DNA of 32,000 bases from Microcystis aeruginosa Ma_QC_C_20070703_M131 (GTDB taxonomy: Bacteria > Cyanobacteriota > Cyanobacteriia > Cyanobacteriales > Microcystaceae): contig SFCA01000133.1 of NCBI GenBank assembly GCA_007095475.1, positions 1-32,000 of the forward strand. Direction: 5' to 3'. A model generated the notes under the pieces. It was not told where the DNA came from and did not search any database. It saw only the letters and a program-made list of their open reading frames with translations. Positions 16,452-25,454 of this stretch are shown piece after piece; the stretch's first letter is position 1; each line of letters opens with the position of its first letter. A program made the translations under genes and the position numbers.

Positions 16452-18366
16452 TACAAGAAATAGTGCTGTTTGGTCTTATTCTCTGGTTAAGTTATGCAAA
16501 CAGGAAGATGTGGAAAAATCTCTAGAAGGTGAAATTAATTATAATCAAATTGTCGCCGATCAAGAATTAGCAACAGGAGAATTTTATGGATTCGATCTTC
16601 TAGAATCTGCCGCTAAGTCTGCCCTTCACGCTCGACTGAGAGCCATTGAAAAAATGGCAATTAATTCTCAGCAATATCTACAACAACTTTGTCAGAGAAT
16701 TGAGGAAAAATATATACTAGAAAAAGCAGAAAAATGGATAAAATTTTACCCTTTCTCTCTCAGGGCTATGCAAGATTATTTAGAAAAAAAGCTGTTTAAG
16801 GATAAATATCGCAATTGGGATGAGAGAAATTTCAAGGAAGTTAATAATAATCAAGCTTGGAGTAGGGTGGCCTATGAAGCACATTTGGCAATTATTCAAG
16901 TATATCTTCAAGAGGGTCTCTATCGTATTGCCCAAAAATATCTTGAGGTTATTAAACCCCATATCGAAAAGGGACGACTAGACGATAAACTATTAGTTAG
17001 TCTCTACCATATCTGTCTATTTGATTATCATTTTTATACAGACCTTGAAGATGAGGAACGTGACCATCAAGAAAGGGGTTTTGCAATTCGTAAAGCTGAA
17101 GAATGTTTGAACACTGCTGAAGAATATTTGCAGGAATATTTGAAAGAATACGCAATCATTGGTGAATACTCTCAAACTAATGCTCATCCTTTTTTCTATT
17201 ATCTATCTCGTATCTATTCTCACCGCGCCAAAATTTATATCTTTTTCCCTGGCTACATTGCCCAATTACCCAATCCAAAAACTCATTTATTAATTGAACC
17301 TCTTCGTCTCTTAGAAAAAGCTCGTATTTATGCGGCTAGAGACGGTGATGCTAATTACTATGCTTACTGGACAGTGTATCAAATTTGGTCTTATTTAATC
17401 ACTGCTTATGTCGGAGACACCAATCGATTAACGGAAAAATTTAGCCGCCAAAATTGTCTAGAATGGGCCGAACGTTTAATTAAAAATGCTCTTGATTGTT
17501 ATGGAGAGCGAGGCAGAAAATCTTATCAACAGATAAAAAATTATAGTGGTAAACAGACAGAGTTTGTTATATTAAATATAGTTTATGAAAAATACAATGA
17601 TATTTATGTGCAAACTATTCCCCCAATTCTTGAAATCGGAAAGGGCAGCAGCCACTTAGATGAGTTTTATCAAGGAATATTTAAATCTTCTAGTCAATCT
17701 CAAGAAAAAATTATACAGCTACCCATGTCAGCATTAACTTACCTTGACTCAAATTCAGATAATAAAGTTTATTTATTTGGTATTCACGCTAGTCTTCTTT
17801 TATTTGGGTTGGGACTGGTGGAACTTTGTAAAGATAATCAGGAAGAAGGATTAGAAGAAAGTATTCGTATGGCGATGAAAAGGTTTACTTTAGGAGCGGC
17901 AATTGCATCTGAGGGAACAGTGGATGAAAAAAGAGGAGAAAAAACCTATCTTCAGCGAATATTTACCGAGCAAAAGCCAAATAAAGATCAAAAAATGCCC
18001 GAAGATTTTCAAATTAGAGGCTTATATCCTCACCGGTTAACTCAGTTTACCGCTAAAGGGAAAATTTTTGCGGCAACCTGTCGAGTAATTCTCCTTTTGT
18101 ATAACTACGAAAAATATAGTAGCTATTGGCCAGAGGTCGCCTATCTTTTGAATGATTTACACGATGCTCAAACTATTATAAGATCGAATAATCCTGATTA
18201 TTCTTTGGGACAAAATCGCTATAGTGGTCATCTAGAACAACAATTTAAAGGGGTTAAAAGTTACTTGGAAAGTCCGAAAAATTCTGTCAAATCAGGTTCT
18301 TTAAAGGAAATTAGAAACAGAATTGTCACTGATATATTCAAAATACTTCGCGGCGACAAAGTGTAA
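16366..18366 (+). CDS. Hypothetical ~570-666 aa protein, probably alpha-helical and repeat-like, no recognisable family (island gene 3)
   Basis: It is a long uninterrupted AT-rich ORF, rich in Y/L/E/K with helix-like periodicity (AYEAHLAIIQVYLQEGLYRIAQKYLEVI, RKAEECLNTAEEYLQEYLKEY). I found no Walker, HExxH or nuclease motifs. The start is uncertain: TTG 16366, GTG 16441, or the first ATG at 16654. Confidence 0.6.
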   Translation: MFEGIDILKKQGYLPVTQKIVSEDKVIGNTRNSAVWSYSLVKLCKQEDVEKSLEGEINYNQIVADQELATGEFYGFDLLESAAKSALHARLRAIEKMAINSQQYLQQLCQRIEEKYILEKAEKWIKFYPFSLRAMQDYLEKKLFKDKYRNWDERNFKEVNNNQAWSRVAYEAHLAIIQVYLQEGLYRIAQKYLEVIKPHIEKGRLDDKLLVSLYHICLFDYHFYTDLEDEERDHQERGFAIRKAEECLNTAEEYLQEYLKEYAIIGEYSQTNAHPFFYYLSRIYSHRAKIYIFFPGYIAQLPNPKTHLLIEPLRLLEKARIYAARDGDANYYAYWTVYQIWSYLITAYVGDTNRLTEKFSRQNCLEWAERLIKNALDCYGERGRKSYQQIKNYSGKQTEFVILNIVYEKYNDIYVQTIPPILEIGKGSSHLDEFYQGIFKSSSQSQEKIIQLPMSALTYLDSNSDNKVYLFGIHASLLLFGLGLVELCKDNQEEGLEESIRMAMKRFTLGAAIASEGTVDEKRGEKTYLQRIFTEQKPNKDQKMPEDFQIRGLYPHRLTQFTAKGKIFAATCRVILLLYNYEKYSSYWPEVAYLLNDLHDAQTIIRSNNPDYSLGQNRYSGHLEQQFKGVKSYLESPKNSVKSGSLKEIRNRIVTDIFKILRGDKV

Positions 18367-18502
18367 GCTGCCCACCCACTTAAATTACTTGTTGAGATGA
18401 GGCACTCTTGCAACAGTAAAGGGATTGGGGGAGATTCAGCCAATCTAAGGATAGGGGGGTTAAAATGCGTCTTAGCTTAAAACCCCAGACCCTGCACCCT
18501 GT

Positions 18503-18529
18503 CCCCACGAAAAACTTTTTCAGCAAACC
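18503..18529 (-). repeat. Dispersed short repeat (GGTTTGCTGAAAAAGTTTTTCGTGGGG family), copy 2 of 4
   Basis: The reverse complement reads ggtttgctgaaaaagtttttcgtgggg. It lies 25 nt 3' of the cobK stop and in the gene's orientation. Confidence 0.7.
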
Positions 18530-18553
18530 TTACTGATGATTTTCCCAGAAAAA

Positions 18554-19309
18554 TCAAGAGAGCAATCTTTTTTCTAACCATGCTAGGACACTTTGAACAT
18601 CAGCCACTTTTTCTCCTTTAGGTACAGGTGGACGTTGTACCATTACCACGGTTATTCCCAACTCTCTAGCGGCGATAATTTTAGCGTAAGTGGCATCACC
18701 GCCGCTATTTTTACTCACGATCGCCCCAATGTTATATTCTTGTAAAAGAGAGCGCTCTGACTGCAAAGAAAAAGGCCCCCGTTCCAACAATAATTTTCCA
18801 ACTGGTACGATGGCATCTGGTTCCGGCGGGTCAATCATCCGCATCAAAAACCAGATATTTTTTAGATGTGCATAACTTGCCAGTTCTTGCCGACCAATAG
18901 TGAGAAATATCCGCGGTGCTAACCCCGGTAAAATATTCGCCGCCGCTTGATTGTTTTCTACTTCAATCCAATTATCTCCAGATACTTTTTCCCAAGCTGG
19001 ACGACTTAACATTAATCGAGGAATACCACAATCTGAGGCGGCTTGAGCGGCATTAAAGGAAATTTGTGCGGCAAAGGGATGGGTGGCATCAATTAAACAA
19101 TCAATACCTTCTTGCCGCAGATAATTGGCTAACCCGGTGGCACCACCAAACCCCCCCCGGCGAGAGGGAGTTGTGAGAGTAATCGGTTCTCTCGTGCGAC
19201 CGGCAAAGGAAGCGATGGCATCTATACCCGGAATTGCCGCAATTTTAGCCGCTAATGCCGCCGCTTCCCCCGTTCCCCCTAAAATCAGCACTCTTTTATT
19301 TTTAGTCAT
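18554..19309 (-). CDS. cobK: Precorrin-6A / cobalt-precorrin-6A reductase
   Basis: The N-terminal VLILGGTGEAAALAAKI dinucleotide-binding motif, a CobK/CbiJ-like length of 251 aa, and SKNSGGDATYAKIIAAREL near the C-terminus are typical of the family. It neighbours another cobalamin gene. Confidence 0.88.
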   Translation of the reverse strand: MTKNKRVLILGGTGEAAALAAKIAAIPGIDAIASFAGRTREPITLTTPSRRGGFGGATGLANYLRQEGIDCLIDATHPFAAQISFNAAQAASDCGIPRLMLSRPAWEKVSGDNWIEVENNQAAANILPGLAPRIFLTIGRQELASYAHLKNIWFLMRMIDPPEPDAIVPVGKLLLERGPFSLQSERSLLQEYNIGAIVSKNSGGDATYAKIIAARELGITVVMVQRPPVPKGEKVADVQSVLAWLEKRLLS

Positions 19310-19599
19310 CCAGCAATTGCCAAAAGGTTAACTAATTTTCCATCTTCCTACCTTCCCTTGCAAAGGAAAGAGATTTGGGGGTTACACAAGAGCTAGAACC
19401 TCTGGAAACGAGTTATAGTTATTTCAATTAAGATTGAGAATGTCAATCCCAGAGTTTATAAGGGTTTTGTCGGTCTAGACTGTATGAGACTTATCTGAAA
19501 TGACTATACAAGGGAAATCCTTGCAACGCGGTACACTACCTCTTGCCTCTTGCCTATTGCCTATCCCAACCAAGAAATTAATTTTACACGACTACTTAC

Positions 19600-21045
19600 T
19601 TAATAGTGACGTGGAGTATAAACCCATTGCTTGGTTTTACCTTGCTCAATCAGGCGAGTTTTACTCGATCCGATCAAAATTATGGTTCGCATATCCGCAT
19701 CTTTAATAGTCATATCCTCTAGGAATTTCACCGTCACTGTTTCCCCTTTTCGTCCTAAATTACGCGCTAATACCACGGGAGTTTGCGGCGATCGCCATTG
19801 TAATAAAATCTCTTTTGCCTTCTCCAATTGCCAAGTGCGCTCTTGAGACACAGGATTATAAAATGCGATCGCTAAATCGGCCCGGGCCGCTAATTCAATA
19901 CGCTGAGAAATCACCTGCCAAGATTTGAGAAGATCCGATAGGGAAATCGCACAAAAATCATGGCCTAAAGGTGCGCCAACCCTGGCAGCCGCCGCTTGCA
20001 GGGCCGAAATCCCCGGACAGACCTGAATGGCCACCTGCTGCCATGCCGGTTTGGCTTTTTTTTCTAATACCTCAAACACAGCTGCAGCCATGGCATAAAT
20101 GCCGGGATCTCCGGAGGAAACTAAGACAACCGATCGCCCCTTAGCCGCTAAATCCAGGGCCATTTCTGCGCGATCGAGTTCCACCCGATTATCCGATTCA
20201 TGGCGGACAATTTCTGGTTTTCGCAGGAATTCTACTAAATCCAAATAAGTTTTATAACCCACCCAATCCGTGGCTTTTTCCAACACTTCTCGAACTTCCG
20301 GCGACATCCAATTTAGCGCACCCGGTCCAGTTCCGACTATGGCTAATTTACCTTGACTTTCCTGGGCCAAATCCCCTGGTAGTAAACCTGATTTTTCCTT
20401 AATTTGCTGGCTTTCCTCACAGAGATAAACTAAACAGTTACTGCTAGGTTTTGCCAAGTTTAAGTTATTTTTATCGATAATCTCAATGCTCAATTTTGCT
20501 GCTGATGAAATTGGTAAATTACTATTTTTTAACCAGTCCGCTTCACCGATTAATTTTACTTTTTCACCAGCTAATAAATCGGACAAAAACTTCTTAGCAT
20601 CATCGGGATTAACTAACTGATAACCCGGTGGTGGCGATAATAAAGTCGTTTTAAATCTAATATCACCAGTGGTGGTAATTGCGGGGGAAATTTGCCAAAC
20701 CGAGGCAATTTGACGAGCGAGATCATTAACCCCTTGTAAACCCCCCAACAAAGGCACTACGGCGCTGCCATCTTCGGCGATTGCTAATACAGGCGGTTCT
20801 TGCCATTTATTAGTTAATAAAGGTGCTAAAGTGCGAATTAAAATACCCGCCGCACAAATGCCAATAATTGGCGTTCCTGTCTGGAAAAATTCTCGCACCG
20901 TTTCGCCAAAATTACTATAGGTAAAATCAGCCGAATGGGTACGATCTATTAATCCATAAACCACTGCTTCTGGTAGGGCCATTTGCACTTGACGAGCAAC
21001 GGGGATACTGGTTTCTCCTAAAATGAAAATAGCTGGAGGTTTCAT
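19600..21045 (-). CDS. cobJ: CbiG-like N-terminal domain fused to precorrin-3B C17-methyltransferase (CobJ/CbiH)
   Basis: The C-terminal half, LAIVGTGPGALNWMSPEVREVLEKATDWVGYKTYL...VVLVSSGDPGIYAMA...VCPGISALQAAAARVGAPLGHDF, is a tetrapyrrole methylase of CobJ type and ends in YTPRHY. The N-terminal ~220 aa resemble CbiG. Confidence 0.88.
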   Translation of the reverse strand: MKPPAIFILGETSIPVARQVQMALPEAVVYGLIDRTHSADFTYSNFGETVREFFQTGTPIIGICAAGILIRTLAPLLTNKWQEPPVLAIAEDGSAVVPLLGGLQGVNDLARQIASVWQISPAITTTGDIRFKTTLLSPPPGYQLVNPDDAKKFLSDLLAGEKVKLIGEADWLKNSNLPISSAAKLSIEIIDKNNLNLAKPSSNCLVYLCEESQQIKEKSGLLPGDLAQESQGKLAIVGTGPGALNWMSPEVREVLEKATDWVGYKTYLDLVEFLRKPEIVRHESDNRVELDRAEMALDLAAKGRSVVLVSSGDPGIYAMAAAVFEVLEKKAKPAWQQVAIQVCPGISALQAAAARVGAPLGHDFCAISLSDLLKSWQVISQRIELAARADLAIAFYNPVSQERTWQLEKAKEILLQWRSPQTPVVLARNLGRKGETVTVKFLEDMTIKDADMRTIILIGSSKTRLIEQGKTKQWVYTPRHY

Positions 21046-21770
21046 TTGGCTTCCCCCGACTGCGCTGCGGTTAACTTTTGGATAAATTCTTGATGTTCTA
21101 CCGAGTTAATTCCAGCCTTTAAGATGTCCAACACCCGTGACATATTGCCGTTGAGCATGGCTGAAATATCTAACCACAAACCCGGAAATACTAGAGAGCA
21201 AATCACTCCTTCTTGGTTGGGTAACAAAGAAATATAATCGCCATCTTGTAAACTAAACCAATCAATTTTTTGATCAAATACCTGCCAAATAAGATATTCT
21301 TGAATGCCACTGCGCCGATAAGCACGTTTTTTATCCCCTAAATCTATGGCGGCACTACTAGCGGCAATTTCTACCACTAATTCCGGCGCTCCTTCTAGGT
21401 ATCCCTCTACAGTTAGGGTTGATTTTCCCCCACTTTCTTGACTGATTAATAACACCCCATCCGGCTGTAGTTCGTTGTCGATATCCAAGCGAACTGTTGG
21501 CTCAATACCCATTTGTACTTGGGGTGTAGCAGCTTGATAAACTCCCACCCAAGTGATTAAACGTCCGTGGGGTTCAGCATGAAATTTAAACCTTAATGGG
21601 GATGCCATATATACAACTCCTTCGATCAGTTCGGCTTTTTTTAATCCTGGCATAGCTTGATAACGGCGCTCGAATTCGGGACGAATTAAGCGATCCCCAT
21701 TTTCTAACGGGGGTAAATGTTGAGTGGTTACAGCCTGAGAATTTAAGGATTTAACCGGGGAAGAAGTCAT
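21042..21770 (-). CDS. Uma2 family (DUF820) PD-(D/E)xK-like putative endonuclease
   Basis: LENGDRLIRPEFERRY...AELIEGVVYMASP...HGRL...PDGVLLI...PELVVEIAASS...DLGDKKRAYRRSGIQEYLIW follows the Uma2 family pattern. ATG 21770 is preferred over the track start at 21905. The stop overlaps the cobJ start by 4 nt. Confidence 0.85.
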   Translation of the reverse strand: MTSSPVKSLNSQAVTTQHLPPLENGDRLIRPEFERRYQAMPGLKKAELIEGVVYMASPLRFKFHAEPHGRLITWVGVYQAATPQVQMGIEPTVRLDIDNELQPDGVLLISQESGGKSTLTVEGYLEGAPELVVEIAASSAAIDLGDKKRAYRRSGIQEYLIWQVFDQKIDWFSLQDGDYISLLPNQEGVICSLVFPGLWLDISAMLNGNMSRVLDILKAGINSVEHQEFIQKLTAAQSGEAK

Positions 21771-22110
21771 GGTGGCAGTCTTTGGGAACAAAACAGCATT
21801 GATTTTATTATAGATTGTTTTATTGGACTTCTTGAGGGATTTAATTTTTAACTGAAATTTCGCCAGAAGTCCTGAGCTTTTAGCGATGGGATGAATGGCA
21901 ACCAACAGATAGACAATTACCCAAAACTATAGCATTTATCTTAGTGGTGAGGTACAAAGTTTTCGTTTTGGGAAGTCGGTAGTCGATACCAAATTAGGTT
22001 ACACTTCATCTAGTATGAGAAACGCTATCATAACTGATATAGCGCACCTAAATGAAAGGTAAACGTCCTCTCCTAGAGCCTACCCGTTCACGAATAACCG
22101 ATAACTGATA

Positions 22111-22818
22111 ATGTTGGTTCCCCTTACCCGTCAATCGATCGAGCAAATTGTCCCGATTATCGCCACCGGCCCCCAGTACGCTCACTATTGGGGTAAATGG
22201 TCTGATTTTCTGCGCCGTTTATTCATTTCTATCATCGCTCTCACCGCAGCTTGGTTAATCGGTAATTTATTCGGTCCCGGTGGTTTAACGATTAAACTGA
22301 TTTTCGACATTATCGCTGGTTTATATTGGCTCTGGGGTCCGGTTTATTGGGCCAGTGTTCGCAATAATACCTATCGTCGTCTTCCCTACGGAGGGTTTTG
22401 GCGCGGTCGCGTTTTCGATGCTTTTGTCACCGAGGAATTAATCGGGGAAGAAGAAAGGGTCAATAAACGCGGGGAATTAGAGGTTATCGAAAATCGCCAA
22501 CGCTGTATTAATCTAGAAATCGGTGATCAAACTGGCTTTTCGGCGATCGTTCGCGCTCCCCTCAAACGCATCCATAAATCGATCCGTCCCGGGATGGTGG
22601 CCGAAGCTTTGTTAATGTCTCGAGAACCCGATTTAGGGGATATCAATCAGCTTTCTGATGTCCATCTTCCCCAACTCGACCAGTGGATAGGGGAATATCC
22701 TGTGCTGCGACGGGATATTTTTCAGCAAGTTAGTCGCGAATTAGGAGGGGGAAAAGAACCCCGGCCAAAACCTTCTCGTTATTCTAATAATGTCATCCGA
22801 AGACGCAAAACCCGTTAA
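22111..22818 (+). CDS. Conserved hypothetical membrane protein (two predicted TM helices, basic C-terminus)
   Basis: It has hydrophobic helices LFISIIALTAAWLIGNLF and LIFDIIAGLYWLWGPVYWA, and core-like codon usage. No family name could be assigned with confidence. Confidence 0.65.
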   Translation: MLVPLTRQSIEQIVPIIATGPQYAHYWGKWSDFLRRLFISIIALTAAWLIGNLFGPGGLTIKLIFDIIAGLYWLWGPVYWASVRNNTYRRLPYGGFWRGRVFDAFVTEELIGEEERVNKRGELEVIENRQRCINLEIGDQTGFSAIVRAPLKRIHKSIRPGMVAEALLMSREPDLGDINQLSDVHLPQLDQWIGEYPVLRRDIFQQVSRELGGGKEPRPKPSRYSNNVIRRRKTR

Positions 22819-22857
22819 TGGTTCGGCGATCTTTGAAAAGATACCAGTTTCCCGGTC

Positions 22858-22967
22858 ATCAATTAATCATAATTTACAGATTTTGGCTAATTTAATCCTT
22901 GTTTTTGCTGTTTTTGAACCATCAAAAATTAATTATGCAAGGGGTTCAATATAATGTTAATTAAGCT
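22858..22967 (+). repeat. Dispersed ~110-bp intergenic repeat, copy 2 (see 662-775)
   Basis: Core 22892-22946 matches 698-752 at 47 of 55 positions by manual alignment. It lies 39 nt upstream of the DUF29 gene start. Confidence 0.7.
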
Positions 22968-22984
22968 TAGAAGGAGATAAATCG

Positions 22985-23413
22985 ATGACGGCATCCTATG
23001 AGCAAGACTTTGGACTTTGGGCCGAACAAATGGCCGATTTATTAGCCTCCGGTCGGTTTTCCGAGTTAGATATTGAGAATTTAGTCGAAGAGGTGCGGGA
23101 TTTGTCGAAACGGGAGCGCGATCGCTTACTCGCTAGTCTCAGATTAATTTTGCATCATTTATTAAAGTGGGACTATCAACCTCAACGGCGATCCAGGGGT
23201 TGGTTGGGAACTATTCAACGAGAAAGAGCTAATATTAGGCTCTATTTAGACGATAGCCCCAGTTTAAGGCGATATTTAACCGATGAAAGCCTATTTAAAC
23301 TCTATGCTGTTGCTTGTGCCGATGCCTTTAGAGAGACGGGATTAGAGTTTCCCCCCGTTTGTCCCTACGGTATTGAGGATATTTTAAATCGTTCTCTTCA
23401 TTTGTCGGAATGA
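22985..23413 (+). CDS. DUF29 family protein
   Basis: YEQDFGLWAEQMADLLASGRFSELDIENLVEEVRDLSKRERDRLLASLRLILHHLLKW is the characteristic DUF29 N-terminal pattern, a family expanded in cyanobacteria. Confidence 0.85.
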   Translation: MTASYEQDFGLWAEQMADLLASGRFSELDIENLVEEVRDLSKRERDRLLASLRLILHHLLKWDYQPQRRSRGWLGTIQRERANIRLYLDDSPSLRRYLTDESLFKLYAVACADAFRETGLEFPPVCPYGIEDILNRSLHLSE

Positions 23414-23547
23414 TAGACGAATCCCCTCACCTAACGACTGTATCTTAGAATACATTTTGCCTACCAAAACCAGCCGAAACCCCTAGTCATTTTCTTCTTC
23501 TCTATTTTCAATATTTATTGCTGACATTTCTGAAGGCAAAGGAGTTG

Positions 23548-23970
23548 CTAACGAATATTGACATCAATCATCAATTGATTTTTTTCAATCTTTATATTCG
23601 CTCTTTTCACAACAATGAAAGCAGAAATAGAATCACTGGCATCGTATTCAAGAGAAAAATCTCTTTTATAACTAGCGTCCTCTAACCATTCAGCAATATT
23701 ACGCCAATTCTCTACCTTGCCATGATTATTACCCACCAGTTCTTTAACGTATTGATAGAGCGTAGTGCATAAATCTACCTCAACGCCTTTACGACTCTTC
23801 TTGAGTTTTTCAGCAATTTCTGTGGGACTATAACCGCAGAGTAATCCTTGTAAATGTTTTTTTTCAGTAGGAGTCAGTCGCTTTCCCTTAACAGAAGCAA
23901 GATCAAGATAAAGAGTTTCTAAGTCCCATTGACTCATAGCTCGGGCAAAAGGGTCATTATTGGTATCCAT
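23548..23970 (-). CDS. Small LuxR/GerE-type HTH protein with an uncharacterised C-terminal extension
   Basis: LTPTEKKHLQGLLCGYSPTEIAEKLKKSRKGVEVDLCTTLYQYV fits the LuxR C-terminal HTH pattern (LT..E...L.LL..G.S..EIA.KL..S..TV...). The gene is AT-rich. Confidence 0.6.
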   Translation of the reverse strand: MDTNNDPFARAMSQWDLETLYLDLASVKGKRLTPTEKKHLQGLLCGYSPTEIAEKLKKSRKGVEVDLCTTLYQYVKELVGNNHGKVENWRNIAEWLEDASYKRDFSLEYDASDSISAFIVVKRANIKIEKNQLMIDVNIR

Positions 23971-24100
23971 AAATTTTTGCCTAAAAATTTCCTAGTCAGA
24001 TTCTAGCATAATTCCTAGTGTTGACTAATTGAATGATGTAGAACCATAACTTATTGTAAATGATTAGTAAACAACCACTTTTTAATTGAGGTAATTAAAT

Positions 24101-24643
24101 ATGCCTATTTATACTCCTCCTACCAGTTATACTGGTACTAAAAATGGCGATATAATCTACGGATCTGCTCAAAATGATTATATTTTTGGGGCTGATGGGG
24201 GTGATCATTTATATGGCGGTCGTGGAAATGATACTCTTGCGGGAGGTGAAGGAAATGACTATCTTGATGGAGGCGATGGTGACGATATTTTGCAAGGATC
24301 GGACACTCTTAATTATTACTACGGCATCCCCGGTCTAACTGTCCCAGAATATGATACTTTAGTTGGAGGTGCGGGTCGTGATACATTTGTAATTGGGAAT
24401 AATCGAGGTAATCTTAATATGGGGCCTGGTTATGCAGTAATAGCTGATTTTACCTCTTTTGTTGATCGCATTCAAGTTAAAGTAAGTGGAGTATCTGCAG
24501 TAACTGGTATTACTCTTAAAAAACAAAATATGGTTGGAGGAGGTGCTTCAGATACACTTATTTATAATGGTACAGATTTGATAGCAGTTGTTCAAGATAA
24601 TAGTAGTTTACAATTAAATAGTAGTTATTTTAACTTTGTTTAA
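24101..24643 (+). CDS. RTX (haemolysin-type) calcium-binding repeat protein, 180 aa
   Basis: It has four consecutive nonapeptide repeats, [36 protein letters not shown]. The downstream DTFVIG...[15 protein letters not shown] segment is common in cyanobacterial RTX-like proteins. No N-terminal signal peptide is visible. Confidence 0.75.
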   Translation: MPIYTPPTSYTGTKNGDIIYGSAQNDYIFGADGGDHLYGGRGNDTLAGGEGNDYLDGGDGDDILQGSDTLNYYYGIPGLTVPEYDTLVGGAGRDTFVIGNNRGNLNMGPGYAVIADFTSFVDRIQVKVSGVSAVTGITLKKQNMVGGGASDTLIYNGTDLIAVVQDNSSLQLNSSYFNFV

Positions 24644-24660
24644 TGCAACGATCAGATTTT

Positions 24661-24758
24661 GTAGGGTGCGTGTTTGCGGCTACTAATTCTGATGAAAAAC
24701 CAAAATTAACAATCCGCACCCGACGCAGCAAATTTATTATTAAATTGGTGCATTATGC
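24661..24758 (+). repeat. ~100-bp repeat, left copy flanking the DUF433/DUF5615 pair
   Basis: gtagggtgcgtgtttgcggctactaattctg...ttaaattggtgc aligns with 25455-25553 at roughly 80 percent identity (manual alignment), in direct orientation. Each copy contains a gca.caa...ttggtgc hairpin. Confidence 0.75.
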
Positions 24759-24882
24759 TTTCGCACTTCACACCCTAAGAGTGGTAAGAAGTTGAAGGGT
24801 GATCGTTCTTGTCGGTGGGGTGGAGTGCGATCTCTGTCATCGAATAAGATATAATTGGGAAAGTCCAAATAATTAAAGCATT

Positions 24883-25107
24883 ATGAGTTACCAAAACATT
24901 ATTACCATTGAACCAGGAAAACGCAGCGGAAAACCCTGCATTCGAGGAATGCGTATAACTGTGTACGATATTCTAGAATATTTAGCAGCAGGAATGACAG
25001 AAGCAGAAATTCTTGAGGATTTTTCAGAATTAACTTCCGAGGATATCAAAGCTTGTTTGGCTTTTGCTGCTGATCGAGAGAAAAAATTATTTATCACCTC
25101 TTTATGA
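24883..25107 (+). CDS. DUF433 family protein (antitoxin-like)
   Basis: IEPGKRSGKPCIRGMRITVYDILEYLAAGMTEAEILEDFSELTSEDIKACLAFAA is the DUF433 signature. The stop overlaps the next start (ATGA at 25104-25107). Confidence 0.85.
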   Translation: MSYQNIITIEPGKRSGKPCIRGMRITVYDILEYLAAGMTEAEILEDFSELTSEDIKACLAFAADREKKLFITSL

Positions 25108-25436
25108 AACTGTTATTAGATGAAAATTTGTCAGATCGGATTATTGATAAAATAATTGATTTATATTCTGATTCTCAGCACGTCAAGACTTTAGGACTGA
25201 TCAATACTGATGATGCACTTATCTGGGAATTTGCCAAATTCAACGATTTTGTAATTGTCTCTAAAGATGCCGATTTTCATCAGCGCAGTCTATTATATGG
25301 TCATCCACCCAAATTTATCTATCTTAGTATTGGCAATAGTCCCACTGCAAAAATTATCGAAATTTTAAGGGATAATTTTTTAATCGTTATTAAATTTTAC
25401 AATAGTGAAACAGAAAGTATGCTGATATTAAGTTGA
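25104..25436 (+). CDS. DUF5615 family PIN-like protein (toxin-like partner of DUF433)
   Basis: MKLLLDENLS at the N-terminus and VIVSKDADF later match the acidic-residue pattern of DUF5615/PIN-like domains. It has a 4-nt overlap with the DUF433 gene. Confidence 0.8.
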   Translation: MKLLLDENLSDRIIDKIIDLYSDSQHVKTLGLINTDDALIWEFAKFNDFVIVSKDADFHQRSLLYGHPPKFIYLSIGNSPTAKIIEILRDNFLIVIKFYNSETESMLILS

Positions 25437-25454
25437 GTGTGAGCGCTTAATCTG

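Noticed and set aside
19310-19599. Cobalamin riboswitch upstream of cobK, or (21771-22110) upstream of the Uma2-cobJ unit
   Set aside because: I looked on the minus strand for the B12-box (a GCCACTG-containing core) and its conserved flanking helices and found none. This visual search is not equivalent to a covariance-model scan.
10438-19787. Absence of HIP1 (GCGATCGC) in the 13.7-18.4 kb island as evidence of foreign origin
   Set aside because: The HIP1-free stretch I saw also covers hemL and dnaN, which are clearly native. With only ~11 sites in 32 kb the gap is not informative by itself. The composition shift is the better argument.
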